Made by a program: the position numbers and the translations under genes
The notes under the pieces: generated by a model
Database searches by the model: none
What the model was told of the DNA's origin: nothing
What the model saw: the letters and a program-made list of their open reading frames with translations, nothing else
In this document: piece after piece, positions 30,937-41,652 of the stretch
Position numbering within the stretch: the stretch's first letter is position 1
Layout: each line of letters starts with the position of its first letter
Origin: an uncultured candidatus Porisulfidus sp.
GTDB lineage: Bacteria; Pseudomonadota; Gammaproteobacteria; Poriferisulfidales; Poriferisulfidaceae
Direction of reading: 5' to 3'
Assembly: GCA_965116025.1 (NCBI GenBank)
Contig: OZ220480.1
Coordinates: 64,001-128,000 of the forward strand
DNA: 64,000 nucleotides

Positions 30937-32305
30937 TATATGGTTCGCCCCCTCCCTGCAAGTCGGAAGCTCGAGGCGACGGTCGATCAGCCGCGCGCAT
31001 ATATCCGGCCTCTCGGTGGGAGGACGTCGCCTCCCGGGCCCCGATGGGTTCCGCACGCTCCGGCCTTATCATTCGTACGGCCTCGAAGTCCTAGATCAAC
31101 ATCAGGCTCTCGGAGCGTCGGTCCGACCTGTTCCGCCATCCTTTCGCTTCTTCCCCGCAACCGACCTGGCGGGCATGGCCCGCCGGGATACGGAGGGAAG
31201 CCTCACGTCATGCAGGCTTCCTCCCGATAGGTTCCGCCGCGCCGGAGCAGCGCCCAGACGACGCGGACGTTCTTGTTCGCCAGCGCGACCGCCGCCACGT
31301 TGCTGTGGTGACGTTCCAGCAGGCGGCGAAGCCAGTCGCCGAGCGCGCCCTCGCGCTGGTCCGAGACCCGCAATACCGACCGCGCGCCTTGGATCAGCAG
31401 GCCGCGCAAAGCATCGTCCCCCCGCTTGCTGATCCCTCCGAGCTTCGGCTTTCCGCCGGTGGAATACTGCTTCGGCACCAGGCCGAGGTAGGCGGCCGCC
31501 TCCCGCCCGTTGCGGAACTCGCTGCCGTCGCCCAGCTTCGCGACCAGGGCGCTGGCCGACAGCGCGCCTATGCCCGGGATCGTCATCAGCCGCCGGCAGC
31601 CCGGATCGGCCTCGGCATGCGCCTGGATCCGCGCCCGGCAACTCGCCTCCCGCCGGTCAGCCCCCGCACCTCCTCGTGGCCGTCCGCCAGCGTCTCGCGG
31701 ACTTCCAGAAGCAAGCCGTTCTCGCCGTCCTCCAGGATCTCCGGCAGCCGCGCCCGAAAGACCCCGATCCCTTTCGGCATCACGATCCCGCGCTCCTGCA
31801 GAAATCCTCGCAACTGATTGACCAGCCGGGTGCGGTCCCGCACCAGCCGCTCCCGCGTCCGATGGCATTGCTGGATCGCTTGCTCGGACGGCTCCGCGCC
31901 TCTCGGATCGCCTCCGCGTCGCGCGCGTCGTTCTTGCTCGACTTCACGAACGGCTTCACGAAGGACGGCGCCATCAGCCGCGCGTCGTGTCCCTGACGAC
32001 GAAACAGCCGCGCCCAGTGATGCGCGCCGCCGCAGGCCTCCAGCCCGACCCGACAGGGCGGCAGCTCCTCCGCGAAGCGTTCCAGCTGAGCCCGCGTGAA
32101 GCGCCTCTCCAGCACGATCTTGCCGGCGCGCGTCATGCCGCAAGCGTGAAACGCCTGCTTGCCCAGGTCCACGCCCAGATGGGCGATGGCGAGTTGATGT
32201 GGAGTCTGCTTCATAAGGGTCGTCCCGCTTTCGCGATGGGTTGGTCGTACGCTCATTGTGCCCGCTCAAGGCCAAGCAGGGAAGCGGGGCGAACCATCCC
32301 ATCAC
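30937..32305 (-). mobile_element. IS110/IS1111-family element with frameshifted recombinase (31203-32214)
   Basis: GVDLGK, LEACG, KNDARDAEAI, IPGIG, AYLGLVPKQYSTGG, AVALANKN; sub-terminal IRs ATGGTTCGCCCC at both ends. Confidence 0.9.
30945..31200 (-). ncRNA. Putative bridge/seek RNA-encoding non-coding right end of the IS1111-type element
   Basis: ~260-bp non-coding end downstream of the recombinase, which is where IS1111-group guide RNAs are known to lie. RNA boundaries were not determined. Confidence 0.55.
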
Positions 32306-32799
32306 AATAGCTTGGCACGGTACACAGGGGCCTGTGTTGCACGACGGCGTATCAACCAGAAAGGGCCAATCAACAGTCGATAAGTCCTTGACGCATACCA
32401 AGTCTCCCGAAAACGCCAAAAAATGGCCCAGACTACTCTGGTGCTTATCGAAAGGTCTTCAAGGATACCGCCTGATACCTGCAACTCAAGATTATCACCG
32501 TCGTTTAGCTGAAACATGTCTCGCAATCGGCAGGGAGCTATAATCTCAATAATATGCAATGGATGGCCCTTCGCGCGTGCGACCAAGCATCGCATTCCAC
32601 CAATTTCACAGGCCCAGAAAAAGGCATTTTCTCCCAACATAAGCTCGACCAGAACCGGATTAAATCGGATCGGTTCATCCAGTGCCAAATTCAGGGTCCC
32701 TCGCTCTGGATGCTTACCAAAAAATTTGATTAGGGGGGGGGGGGGGGGTCGCTTCGAGTAAGTGCCACGGCCACTGATCACGCGACCATGCAAAATCAT
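32302..32799 (-). pseudogene. Riboflavin kinase-like domain, paralog B; GT4 part absent beyond the IS1111 junction
   Basis: GRVISGRG, PERGTLNLAL, IIEIIAPCRLRDMFQLNDGD. Colinear with the N-terminus of 24191-25762 up to YRAKL; the stop is supplied by the IS end. Confidence 0.78.
32733..32748. repeat. G16 homopolymer (C16 on the coding strand, poly-Pro, in frame)
   Basis: Counted directly. Confidence 0.93.
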
Positions 32800-32857
32800 G
32801 AGATCAGGCATGATGGAAATTCTGGAGGGGAGTGGGGAAAAAATAATATGGCAGGAA

Positions 32858-33863
<1,006 letters not shown>

Positions 33864-34158
33864 TCTACTTTGCCTCGAAAATTGGCGGTTGGATCGTCCT
33901 GAAAACGTTGCACTTTCATATTGGTTCTTGCCGCATGGAAGCGCAAACGCGCACTGGACGGCATATCGCATGCGTCACATCTCTCGCAGTCAGCCAACAG
34001 GCCGCCAGCATCCAAGCGGAACAAGCCAATCCAGCCGTCCGATCCGGTAACGCTGATCTCCTTCATTTCAGGCACTCGACCCAGCTCATTGGAACGGGGC
34101 GCGATGAAATTATACTTGCCCTCCTTGCTACAATACGTGCCCCAGCTTCCGCACGTCT

Positions 34159-34578
34159 ATGGAGTTCCTGAAACCCCGCACGCTCAAGGCCCGCCAGAAC
34201 GTCCTTTCCCTTCTCTTGCCTTGCCTCGCGCCCGTTCAGGATGACCTCGGAAACGTCCCGGTTTCCATGCAGCGGGACTCCCGAGTCAATGGCGCGCTGA
34301 TCGGCCTGACTGAGCGCGTTTGCACTCATTTCGAGATCACTAGCCCCAGGCTCGTCGAGCGCGTGCTTTCCTCTGTCTTCGAGGAAGTCTACCGCCGCGA
34401 GGCGACCACCGTTCTGACGCGGTGCGACAAGTTGCGGAAAGACCCGGAGTCGGATTTGTTCCGCGCCTGTGCCGAAATTGGCTCGCTACGACCGGAAACT
34501 CCAGATCCGAACTGGGTGAGCGACCTGAACGGCTATATCCAAAACAACTACGAACGCCCGAACGCGCTAGCGCTTTGA
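34159..34578 (+). CDS. Hypothetical protein
   Basis: 139-aa ORF co-oriented with the next ORF; no recognised motif. Confidence 0.55.
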   Translation: MEFLKPRTLKARQNVLSLLLPCLAPVQDDLGNVPVSMQRDSRVNGALIGLTERVCTHFEITSPRLVERVLSSVFEEVYRREATTVLTRCDKLRKDPESDLFRACAEIGSLRPETPDPNWVSDLNGYIQNNYERPNALAL

Positions 34579-34589
34579 TCCTCTGATTC

Positions 34590-35723
34590 ATGGATATCGC
34601 CCTGCATCGCTCATCCTCTGATATTGAGGAAGACCTGGAATACTACTTCAGCGAGCGGCGTGACAAGCACGACCAGATCCGCCCATCGGATGACATACGG
34701 TGTCTCACCACGGATTCCTGGAATTCCAGCGGATTGCCTAATAAAACCGAGATGATCGCCAACGCGTTTTATCCTTTCCCGCCATTCTCGCTGGAGCGAA
34801 TCTTCATCGGCATTAGCTTTCCTCTGTTCTCCAACAACTGGGGAGCCGCGTTCCTGCGATATCTGCTAAGCTTGATAGGGTCCAGCGGTTCCGTCATCCT
34901 TCCCGTCTATCCAGAAGCGCAGGCGCGCGACCAAGGCTTGTGGTGCCGAAGCTCCTTGGAAAGCGTATTTCGCAGCCGCTCTCGTTTCATCGGCGCCAGC
35001 AACATCTGGGCGGAAAATGACGGGGTCATGTCCATGCGCGTCGGCCGTCGCTGGCCCCCTGTCATTTCAAGCACGGCCCGGTGGGTTTTTGAGCAAGCTC
35101 CGCGCTTCGCTACCGCTTTGGGACTCTCGGAAAGCGCGGAAGATATCCGAAAGTTCTGGAAATCCGAAACTCAACGTCTCTGGCGTCTTGGTCGCTACCA
35201 TGCCGTAATCGAGCAAATCATTCGAGACCGACATGGCCCGCGACGACCGGTCACCCTGATGGCGCTCGGCGAGGATTCCGGAATTCTCGCGCTTGAATGC
35301 CTTTTTAGCCCTTACACCCGCGTCACCCAGGCCTATGCAGCCAGCCCCATCGAATCCCGTGAAGAACTACGCGCCTTAGATCAATCTTGCTCGACCGGAG
35401 CGCACGGCCCTCTGGAGCGTCTGCACCAGGCCAAAATCAAGGAAACATGCGACGTGCTGTGCGTCACCAATCCGGCCGCGATGCCTTATCTGGAAACCAG
35501 CCAGCTTGCCAACGGCGGCACCCTGATACTAACGCCCGAGTGTGCCAAAACTGGGCTGGAGATTAGTTCGGGATTTGGCGCGCCGGAATTTTATTCGGAC
35601 AAGATCGCGCGACGACTTCACCGGAGCGTTCCCATCTACCATTACTCCGAGCGGATCGAGAAAGAGATCGATCAGCAAATCGAATCGCGCCAAAACGCGT
35701 TCGCGGTTTTCCGCAAGACCTAA
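34590..35723 (+). CDS. Hypothetical protein, possibly a degenerate methyltransferase fold
   Basis: 377-aa ORF. LMALGEDSGILAL and LANGGTLIL weakly resemble class I MTase motifs. Confidence 0.55.
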   Translation: MDIALHRSSSDIEEDLEYYFSERRDKHDQIRPSDDIRCLTTDSWNSSGLPNKTEMIANAFYPFPPFSLERIFIGISFPLFSNNWGAAFLRYLLSLIGSSGSVILPVYPEAQARDQGLWCRSSLESVFRSRSRFIGASNIWAENDGVMSMRVGRRWPPVISSTARWVFEQAPRFATALGLSESAEDIRKFWKSETQRLWRLGRYHAVIEQIIRDRHGPRRPVTLMALGEDSGILALECLFSPYTRVTQAYAASPIESREELRALDQSCSTGAHGPLERLHQAKIKETCDVLCVTNPAAMPYLETSQLANGGTLILTPECAKTGLEISSGFGAPEFYSDKIARRLHRSVPIYHYSERIEKEIDQQIESRQNAFAVFRKT

Positions 35724-35947
35724 AGCCACTGCCAAATCGCGCCCGCGATGACCGTGACACCGGCCACGAGAATTCCTGCGTTCATGAGCGCCGCCCTCAA
35801 ACTCGCGTCTTTCCGCCCTTTCATCAGCTTCCCGACCTCATGGATCAGCATGTTTCCGCTGACCAAGGCGGGAAGAGCCACCAGCGCGGCAAAGAAGGTC
35901 ACGCCATAACGATACTGCGGCAGGCTCATGATCCAGTCCCAGTCCAT
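35720..35947 (-). CDS. Small two-TM membrane protein
   Basis: Two hydrophobic helices; start uncertain. Confidence 0.45.
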   Translation of the reverse strand: MDWDWIMSLPQYRYGVTFFAALVALPALVSGNMLIHEVGKLMKGRKDASLRAALMNAGILVAGVTVIAGAIWQWL

Positions 35948-37901
35948 TCGGTCTTCCGATTTCTCCCCATCTCGCGGACAGTATACGGGCTGGTCACTAG
36001 CACTCGCGATCTCGCTCATCCTATCCGCTTCGGTCGTTACCGCCGAACCTGAAAACCACGAACTAGCGACCCAGCGAACGATCTACAGCCAAGCCCTGAA
36101 GGCCTTGCGAGAAGGAAAGACGCGGCAATTTCAGAACTTGCGCGAGCGACTTGGCGACTATCCACTGGTCGCCCACCTCAATTACCATTATCTGGTCGCG
36201 CGCCGAAGCGGCTCGCGCGATACCGAGATCGCCAAATTCATCGCTGAGCACGAGGGATCCCACCTGAGCCGCCGGATGAGCAGGGCCTGGTCGCGTTCTC
36301 TGTTCCAGCGCCGCCAATACGCCAAACTGATCGATGCCTACCAAGAACACGGCGATGTCAGCCTTCAGTGCCTGTACGTCCGTTCCCACATCCGACTCAA
36401 GAGACCAACCAAAGAACTCAAGCCACTGATTCGCTCAGTCTGGCTACATGGGAAATCCCGCCCCAAAATCTGTGATCCTCTGCTGATGTGGTTCCGCCAC
36501 AACGGGATGACCCGGGATCTGGTCTGGCAACGCGTCCGGCTAAGTGTAGAGGGTGGCAACACCCGAATGGCCCGCTATCTCAAGCGCTTTCTGCCCAAAA
36601 AAGATCGCGCTTGGGTAGATCTGCTGATTCGGGTCCACCGGAACCCAAAGCGCTACCTGAGGGATCGCCGCCTGAAGTCCTCTCACCCCTATGCAAGCCA
36701 GATCGTCTCGCATGGCATCACGCGGCGAGCGCGCAAGAGCCCCGACGCCGCCCACGAATGGCTCCAGGGATTCCAAAAGGCCAAGGCGATCAGCCTGAGA
36801 CAGTATCAGGTTCTCCGCTATCGAATCGCTCTGGAAGCCGCCAGCGACGGATTGCCGATCGCCCGCGAGCTCATGGATTCCACCCCTCCGTATGTGCGCG
36901 ACGACGCGTTCCGGCACATGCGCCTGCGACTAGCCTTGCGCGAAAGAGACTGGCCACGAATTCTGGAAGCCGCCAAAGACTTACCGAATTCCTATCCGTA
37001 CGACCAGATGGGCCCGTATTGGCAAGCGCGCGCCCTGAAGCGCCTTGGTCGCAACGCTGAAAGCACCGAGCTGTTTCAGCGAATTTCCCGGAATCGTGGC
37101 TACTATGGATTTCTGGCGGCTGAGCGAATCAACCGACCGCATTTCCTGAACCACGCGCCAGTTCCATTGGGAAGCGAGCCTGCGGAACCGCTTCCCGCGA
37201 TAGCTCGCGCCCGCGAGTTCTACCACCACGGAAGTATCATGAACGCGCGCGAAGAATGGCGTGACCTTCTGACTCAAGGCGACAAGGAGCTCCTCAACAG
37301 CGCGGCGGTCGCCGCCAACCGCTGGGGATGGCACGAAGGTGCCATTCACGCGTTTGGAAAAAGCCGCTACCTAGACGATCTCAAGCGCCGCTTCCCGCCG
37401 GCTTACTCCGATCTATTCGAGAAGGAAGGCCGCCGCAATGGAGTCGATCCCTCTCTGCTGATGGCCATCTCGCGTCGGGAGAGCGCGTTCGCGCCCGATA
37501 CCCGCTCCCCGGCCGGAGCCGTCGGCCTGATGCAGTTGATGCCCGGAACCGCGCGGCAGGTCGCCCGGTCTCTAAAGATCAAGCGCCCTCGAACGCAATC
37601 TCTCAAGAAGCCCGCCCTGAACATCCGCCTCGGTGCCCGCTATATCGCGGAGATGCTCGCGCACTATGATGGCAATCCCGCCATGGCCCTAGCCGCCTAC
37701 AATGCCGGACCCGCGGCCGTGGACCGCTGGCGACCCGAGGTCGAGATGGACGCGGATATCTGGATCGACACCATACCGTTTAGGGAAACCCGCCAATACG
37801 TGCGAATCGTTCTGGAGTACGTCTCGATCTACCAATGGCGAGCCGGCCGACCCACCTCGCCGATATGGCCGCGGATCCAGCCGGTCCGTCCGGCTTCCTG
37901 A
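35928..37901 (+). CDS. slt: Soluble lytic murein transglycosylase
   Basis: LGDYPL, RGYYGFLAA, AISRRESAF, GAVGLMQLMPGTA, AAYNAGP, IPFRETRQYV. Confidence 0.93.
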   Translation: MIQSQSIRSSDFSPSRGQYTGWSLALAISLILSASVVTAEPENHELATQRTIYSQALKALREGKTRQFQNLRERLGDYPLVAHLNYHYLVARRSGSRDTEIAKFIAEHEGSHLSRRMSRAWSRSLFQRRQYAKLIDAYQEHGDVSLQCLYVRSHIRLKRPTKELKPLIRSVWLHGKSRPKICDPLLMWFRHNGMTRDLVWQRVRLSVEGGNTRMARYLKRFLPKKDRAWVDLLIRVHRNPKRYLRDRRLKSSHPYASQIVSHGITRRARKSPDAAHEWLQGFQKAKAISLRQYQVLRYRIALEAASDGLPIARELMDSTPPYVRDDAFRHMRLRLALRERDWPRILEAAKDLPNSYPYDQMGPYWQARALKRLGRNAESTELFQRISRNRGYYGFLAAERINRPHFLNHAPVPLGSEPAEPLPAIARAREFYHHGSIMNAREEWRDLLTQGDKELLNSAAVAANRWGWHEGAIHAFGKSRYLDDLKRRFPPAYSDLFEKEGRRNGVDPSLLMAISRRESAFAPDTRSPAGAVGLMQLMPGTARQVARSLKIKRPRTQSLKKPALNIRLGARYIAEMLAHYDGNPAMALAAYNAGPAAVDRWRPEVEMDADIWIDTIPFRETRQYVRIVLEYVSIYQWRAGRPTSPIWPRIQPVRPAS

Positions 37902-37908
37902 GTTCGCT

Positions 37909-39183
37909 TCAGCCTCTCGCCGCCCGAAGAGCCTGGTCGATGTCTTCAAGGATGTCGTCGATATGCTCAATGCCGATCGACAAGCGCACCATGTCCGGGG
38001 TCACCCCGGCCGCTTTCATGGACGCGTCGTCCAACTGGCGGTGGGTCGTGGTCGCCGGGTGGCAAGCCAGCGATTTGGCATCCCCGATGTTGACCAGCCG
38101 GACGATCAAATCCAGGGCATCAATGAACCGTCCACCCGCTTCCGCTCCGCCCTTGATCCCGAAACTCATGATGGACGATGCCTCGCCGCCCATATAACGT
38201 CGCGCCCGATCATGGTGCGGGTGATCTTCAAGGCCCGCGTACCGCACCCAAGCCACCTGGCCGTGCCCCTGCAGGAACTCGGCCACTTTCCTCGCGTTCT
38301 CGCAATGCCGCGCCATACGCAACGGCAAGGTCTCAATGCCCTGCAAAATAAGAAAACTGTTGAACGGCGACAGCGCCGCGCCCATGTTCCGCAAGGGAAT
38401 CACTCGCACCCGCGTAATGTAGGCGGTCGCGCCGAGATCAGTGTAGACCACCCCGTGATAGGACGCGTCCGGCTCGCTCATCATGGGAAACCGGTCGGCA
38501 TGGTCGGCCCAAGGGAAATTCCCCGAGTCCACGACGATCCCGCCAATCGACGTGCCGTGCCCTCCCATATATTTGGTCAGGGAATGAATCACGATGTCGG
38601 CCCCGAACTCGAAAGGCCGGCATAACGCCGGGGTTGGCACGGTATTGTCCACCACCAGAGGCAACCCATGCGCATGCGCCAGATCGGCGAGCGGCGCCAG
38701 ATCCGCGACGTTGCCCAGCGGATTCCCGATCGTCTCGCAAAACACCAATCGCGTGCGGTCATCCACGCTCGCCTCCAAGGCCGCCAGATCATCTGGATCC
38801 ACGAAACGGACCTCAATCCCGAGTCTCGGCAGGGCATGCGCGAACAGGTTGTAGGTGCCACCGTACAGGGTGTGCGTGGAAACGATGTTGTCCCCGCTAC
38901 CCGCGATGGCGAAAATCGCGTTGGTGATGGCCGCCATGCCGGACGCCTGGCCTAACGCGCCAACGCCCCCCTCCATATCGGCGACGCGCTTTTCCAACAC
39001 CGCCGTGGTCGGATTCATGATGCGCGTGTAGATATTGCCCTCAACCTTGAGGTCGAACAGGTCCGCCCCGTGCCGCGTATCGTCGAACGCGTACGACGTG
39101 GTCTGGTAGATCGGAACGGCCACCGCCTTGGTGGTGGCTTCCGGATCGTAGCCGCCATGCACGGCCAAGGTTTCCATTTTCAT
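37909..39183 (-). CDS. metY: O-acetylhomoserine aminocarboxypropyltransferase/sulfhydrylase
   Basis: AVPIYQTTSY, GNIYTRIMNPT, PLP-lysine motif HSLTKYMGGHG, NIGDAKSL, HPATTTH. Confidence 0.92.
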   Translation of the reverse strand: MKMETLAVHGGYDPEATTKAVAVPIYQTTSYAFDDTRHGADLFDLKVEGNIYTRIMNPTTAVLEKRVADMEGGVGALGQASGMAAITNAIFAIAGSGDNIVSTHTLYGGTYNLFAHALPRLGIEVRFVDPDDLAALEASVDDRTRLVFCETIGNPLGNVADLAPLADLAHAHGLPLVVDNTVPTPALCRPFEFGADIVIHSLTKYMGGHGTSIGGIVVDSGNFPWADHADRFPMMSEPDASYHGVVYTDLGATAYITRVRVIPLRNMGAALSPFNSFLILQGIETLPLRMARHCENARKVAEFLQGHGQVAWVRYAGLEDHPHHDRARRYMGGEASSIMSFGIKGGAEAGGRFIDALDLIVRLVNIGDAKSLACHPATTTHRQLDDASMKAAGVTPDMVRLSIGIEHIDDILEDIDQALRAARG

Positions 39184-39364
39184 GCGCGGTATCCTTTATT
39201 CAAAGTCGATATGGTGGTCATAGGGCTGGAATGGCGGGAATCATCCGGCGGAAACGCGTGACGCGGGCGAGGCTTCCGTCAAGCGTCTCGCGCCGCTAAA
39301 AAGATCCCTGCAGCGCGCGTTTTTCTCTTGGGCAGAGATTAAGCGTTTCGCACGCATCGACATT

Positions 39365-39715
39365 TCACTGGCTGAATGCGCGCATGATCCGATGCGCCCA
39401 CGCTTCGCCTCTCAAAAAATCGCTTTCGATCATTTTGGGCATATCCCGGAAAGTGATACGCGACGCTCGCCTACGACATCCTCCAGGAGAGCGTTCGTAG
39501 CCAATCACCCATTGAAAGATGCTACCGACTATCATGCGGGCGGCATCGCGCTCGGAAACCTCCGTCAAGGGAATAATCGCCTCTTGACTCTCATGGGATA
39601 ACCCCTCTGTCAGATCCACCAAACGCGCGACAAACTCCTCCTCCTCGATCTGGACAACACGCCCTTCCCATTCCTGCAGCACATGAAAGTTAGTCATGTG
39701 GAATTTGAGTTCCAC
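39365..39715 (-). CDS. Hypothetical protein
   Basis: LQEWEGRV...FVARLVDL...IFQWVIGY; preceded in frame by a TAG and a 66-codon ORF (39716-39916). Confidence 0.55.
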   Translation of the reverse strand: MELKFHMTNFHVLQEWEGRVVQIEEEEFVARLVDLTEGLSHESQEAIIPLTEVSERDAARMIVGSIFQWVIGYERSPGGCRRRASRITFRDMPKMIESDFLRGEAWAHRIMRAFSQ

Positions 39716-40016
39716 CTAGTGGCAGAAGACTTGTGGGCATCGCGAAGACTCTCTTTCGAGCGCGGTTTTTCGAATGTTTCGGCTGATTCCCAGTGGCTCA
39801 TTCCCAATACCCGAATACCCGAACTCAATGATAAAGAGAGGCCCCAGGTTAGTACCAAATCTTACCGAAGGAGTTCGTTGAAATGGAAGCATCTCACTCA
39901 CTGGGTGAAGGAACAACGCCCCGCCAGAAGATTCATCATACGAGTCTTACGAGACAACCTGACAAAACCGACATCGGAATTAGCGGCACCACATGATGCG
40001 GTATCGCTAATATCCC

Positions 40017-40322
40017 CTATTTGCGGATCTGCCGCTTGATGTCTTCGGCAATATCCTTTCTGTGCTGCGCCAGTTGCTTCTGCATATTCTCGTTAGTGGT
40101 ATTCGTGGACTGGTCGATTTTGTTCTCCAGCCGCTCTTCCACTTGGCTAATAAGAGAAGCATTGTTCTCCTGAGTAATTTTCGTGGACCGGTCGATTTTG
40201 CTCTCCAGTCGCCCTTCTACTTGGCCAATAAGAGAAAAAGCGTTCTCTTGCGTTTCCACAAAAACTTGCCGGATGGCCTTAGCCAGCAAATCCGCGCTCC
40301 CGTTCATTTTATTTTGATCCAT
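40017..40322 (-). CDS. Small coiled-coil protein with an internal 26-aa duplication
   Basis: 78-bp imperfect tandem repeat with units starting at 40102 and 40180. Confidence 0.55.
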   Translation of the reverse strand: MDQNKMNGSADLLAKAIRQVFVETQENAFSLIGQVEGRLESKIDRSTKITQENNASLISQVEERLENKIDQSTNTTNENMQKQLAQHRKDIAEDIKRQIRK

Positions 40323-40572
40323 GGCCGATTGTCCCCAGTTTCGTCAATTTTTTCGAAATTCCTTCAGAGACTCGGGAGCGGTATTGTACTCCTCGCTAAA
40401 TCGCTAGCCTGAAATTTCCAAAAGGTCCGAAATTGATCCCCCCGATTTCGAGCTGATGAAGCGGCGGGGATATCTCCAATTAGCGCTAGGTTTTACCGAA
40501 AAGGCATTCGGTAAAATGGAGACGCTTCACTCATTGAGTGAAGGAACGACAACTCACCAGAAGCGCAATCAC

Positions 40573-41091
40573 ATGTCGGATTTCTCCTCTCCGGTCCAGA
40601 CCAGAGCGGACGAACTCGATCAGACTGGTCCCGGAAACGCCCGGCTGTTGTCTCCGGTAGATTCGCGCCTTCCTGAACTTCTAGCCAACGCGACGCATGA
40701 GAGTTTTGAGGTCGGCATGAACAGCCGATTTTCGGATGGATTGCAGCAGCTGTCCCTGATCGCCATGCCAGATCTGCTGGAGGCGTTGCATGCCCAATTC
40801 TCAAAACATTCCATATCCCCACAGATTCTTTCCGAAATACTATGGTGGGCTTCTCGGCAGAGCAGGGACGAATGGCGCCGCGAAATTCTCCAAATAATGT
40901 GGAGCGGATTTTCGCACGAATCGAGTCTAGTCCGCGATACGACCGCTCTCGCTCTAGCGGACTTTGATGAGGCCACCGCTCGCGCGCATCTACCCCTCGC
41001 GATTGAGCGAGAACAAGAGCTTCCGCTCAAGGCCGATATGCGGAGCCTACTTCGGTCGCTGATGCCTGATGACCAGCCAAAGGCGAGATGA
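40573..41091 (+). CDS. Hypothetical helical (HEAT-like) protein
   Basis: HESSLVRDTTALALADF resembles a HEAT repeat; start uncertain (40456-40573). Confidence 0.45.
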   Translation: MSDFSSPVQTRADELDQTGPGNARLLSPVDSRLPELLANATHESFEVGMNSRFSDGLQQLSLIAMPDLLEALHAQFSKHSISPQILSEILWWASRQSRDEWRREILQIMWSGFSHESSLVRDTTALALADFDEATARAHLPLAIEREQELPLKADMRSLLRSLMPDDQPKAR

Positions 41092-41106
41092 TCAAGGGAA
41101 GTTGCT

Positions 41107-41622
41107 ATGTTCGATAGCATTGCGAGGCAGGCAACCCCACCTATATCTCCTCGGAAACAAAATGAGATTCTCGCGTTCACGGAACGGGAACAGATAGATC
41201 TTTCCGAAATTCTTTCACACTACGAAAAAACCCTTGACGATTTGAACTGCGAGCGCTCGCGCGAAGAGGTTTGGTCTGGTAGCGAGCCTCACTCTCCAGA
41301 TGATTTCAGAGGTGCCCAAAGCCAGGATACCAATGGTCAGTGTTTTCCCGGTGACCAACTCGGGCAGATAGACAGGTTATCCCCTCGGTCAAAGAAGATG
41401 ATAGCGAGTGGGACAAATAGCGGAAGACGCTTACATTCGCATCCTGAAATATCAAGAACGCTCAGTGTGAGAGAGCGCGCGCGGTTGCGAGCTTTCCGAG
41501 ATAACCACGCTTTCGGTGATCCAACAGCCCGGCAGCTTACCCAAATAGGCAACGCGGTTCCTCTTGCGCTCACCGCGCGACTCGGACCGTCTCTCGCCTA
41601 TTCCGTTTTTGGCGTGGACTAA
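41107..41622 (+). pseudogene. C-terminal remnant of a C5-cytosine DNA methyltransferase
   Basis: HPEISRTLSVRERARL (motif IX) and QIGNAVP (motif X); no FxGxG or PCQ motifs. Confidence 0.72.
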
Positions 41623-41652
41623 CCGAGGAAGCCTCCGCCAAGGCCATTTTTT

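Noticed and set aside
26956-32305. Prophage or integron
   Set aside because: No integrase, phage structural genes or attC-like sites; the content is explained by IS fragments.
39184-39360. SAM-type riboswitch upstream of metY
   Set aside because: Only an imperfect hairpin is visible and I could not match a known consensus; an Rfam search would be needed.
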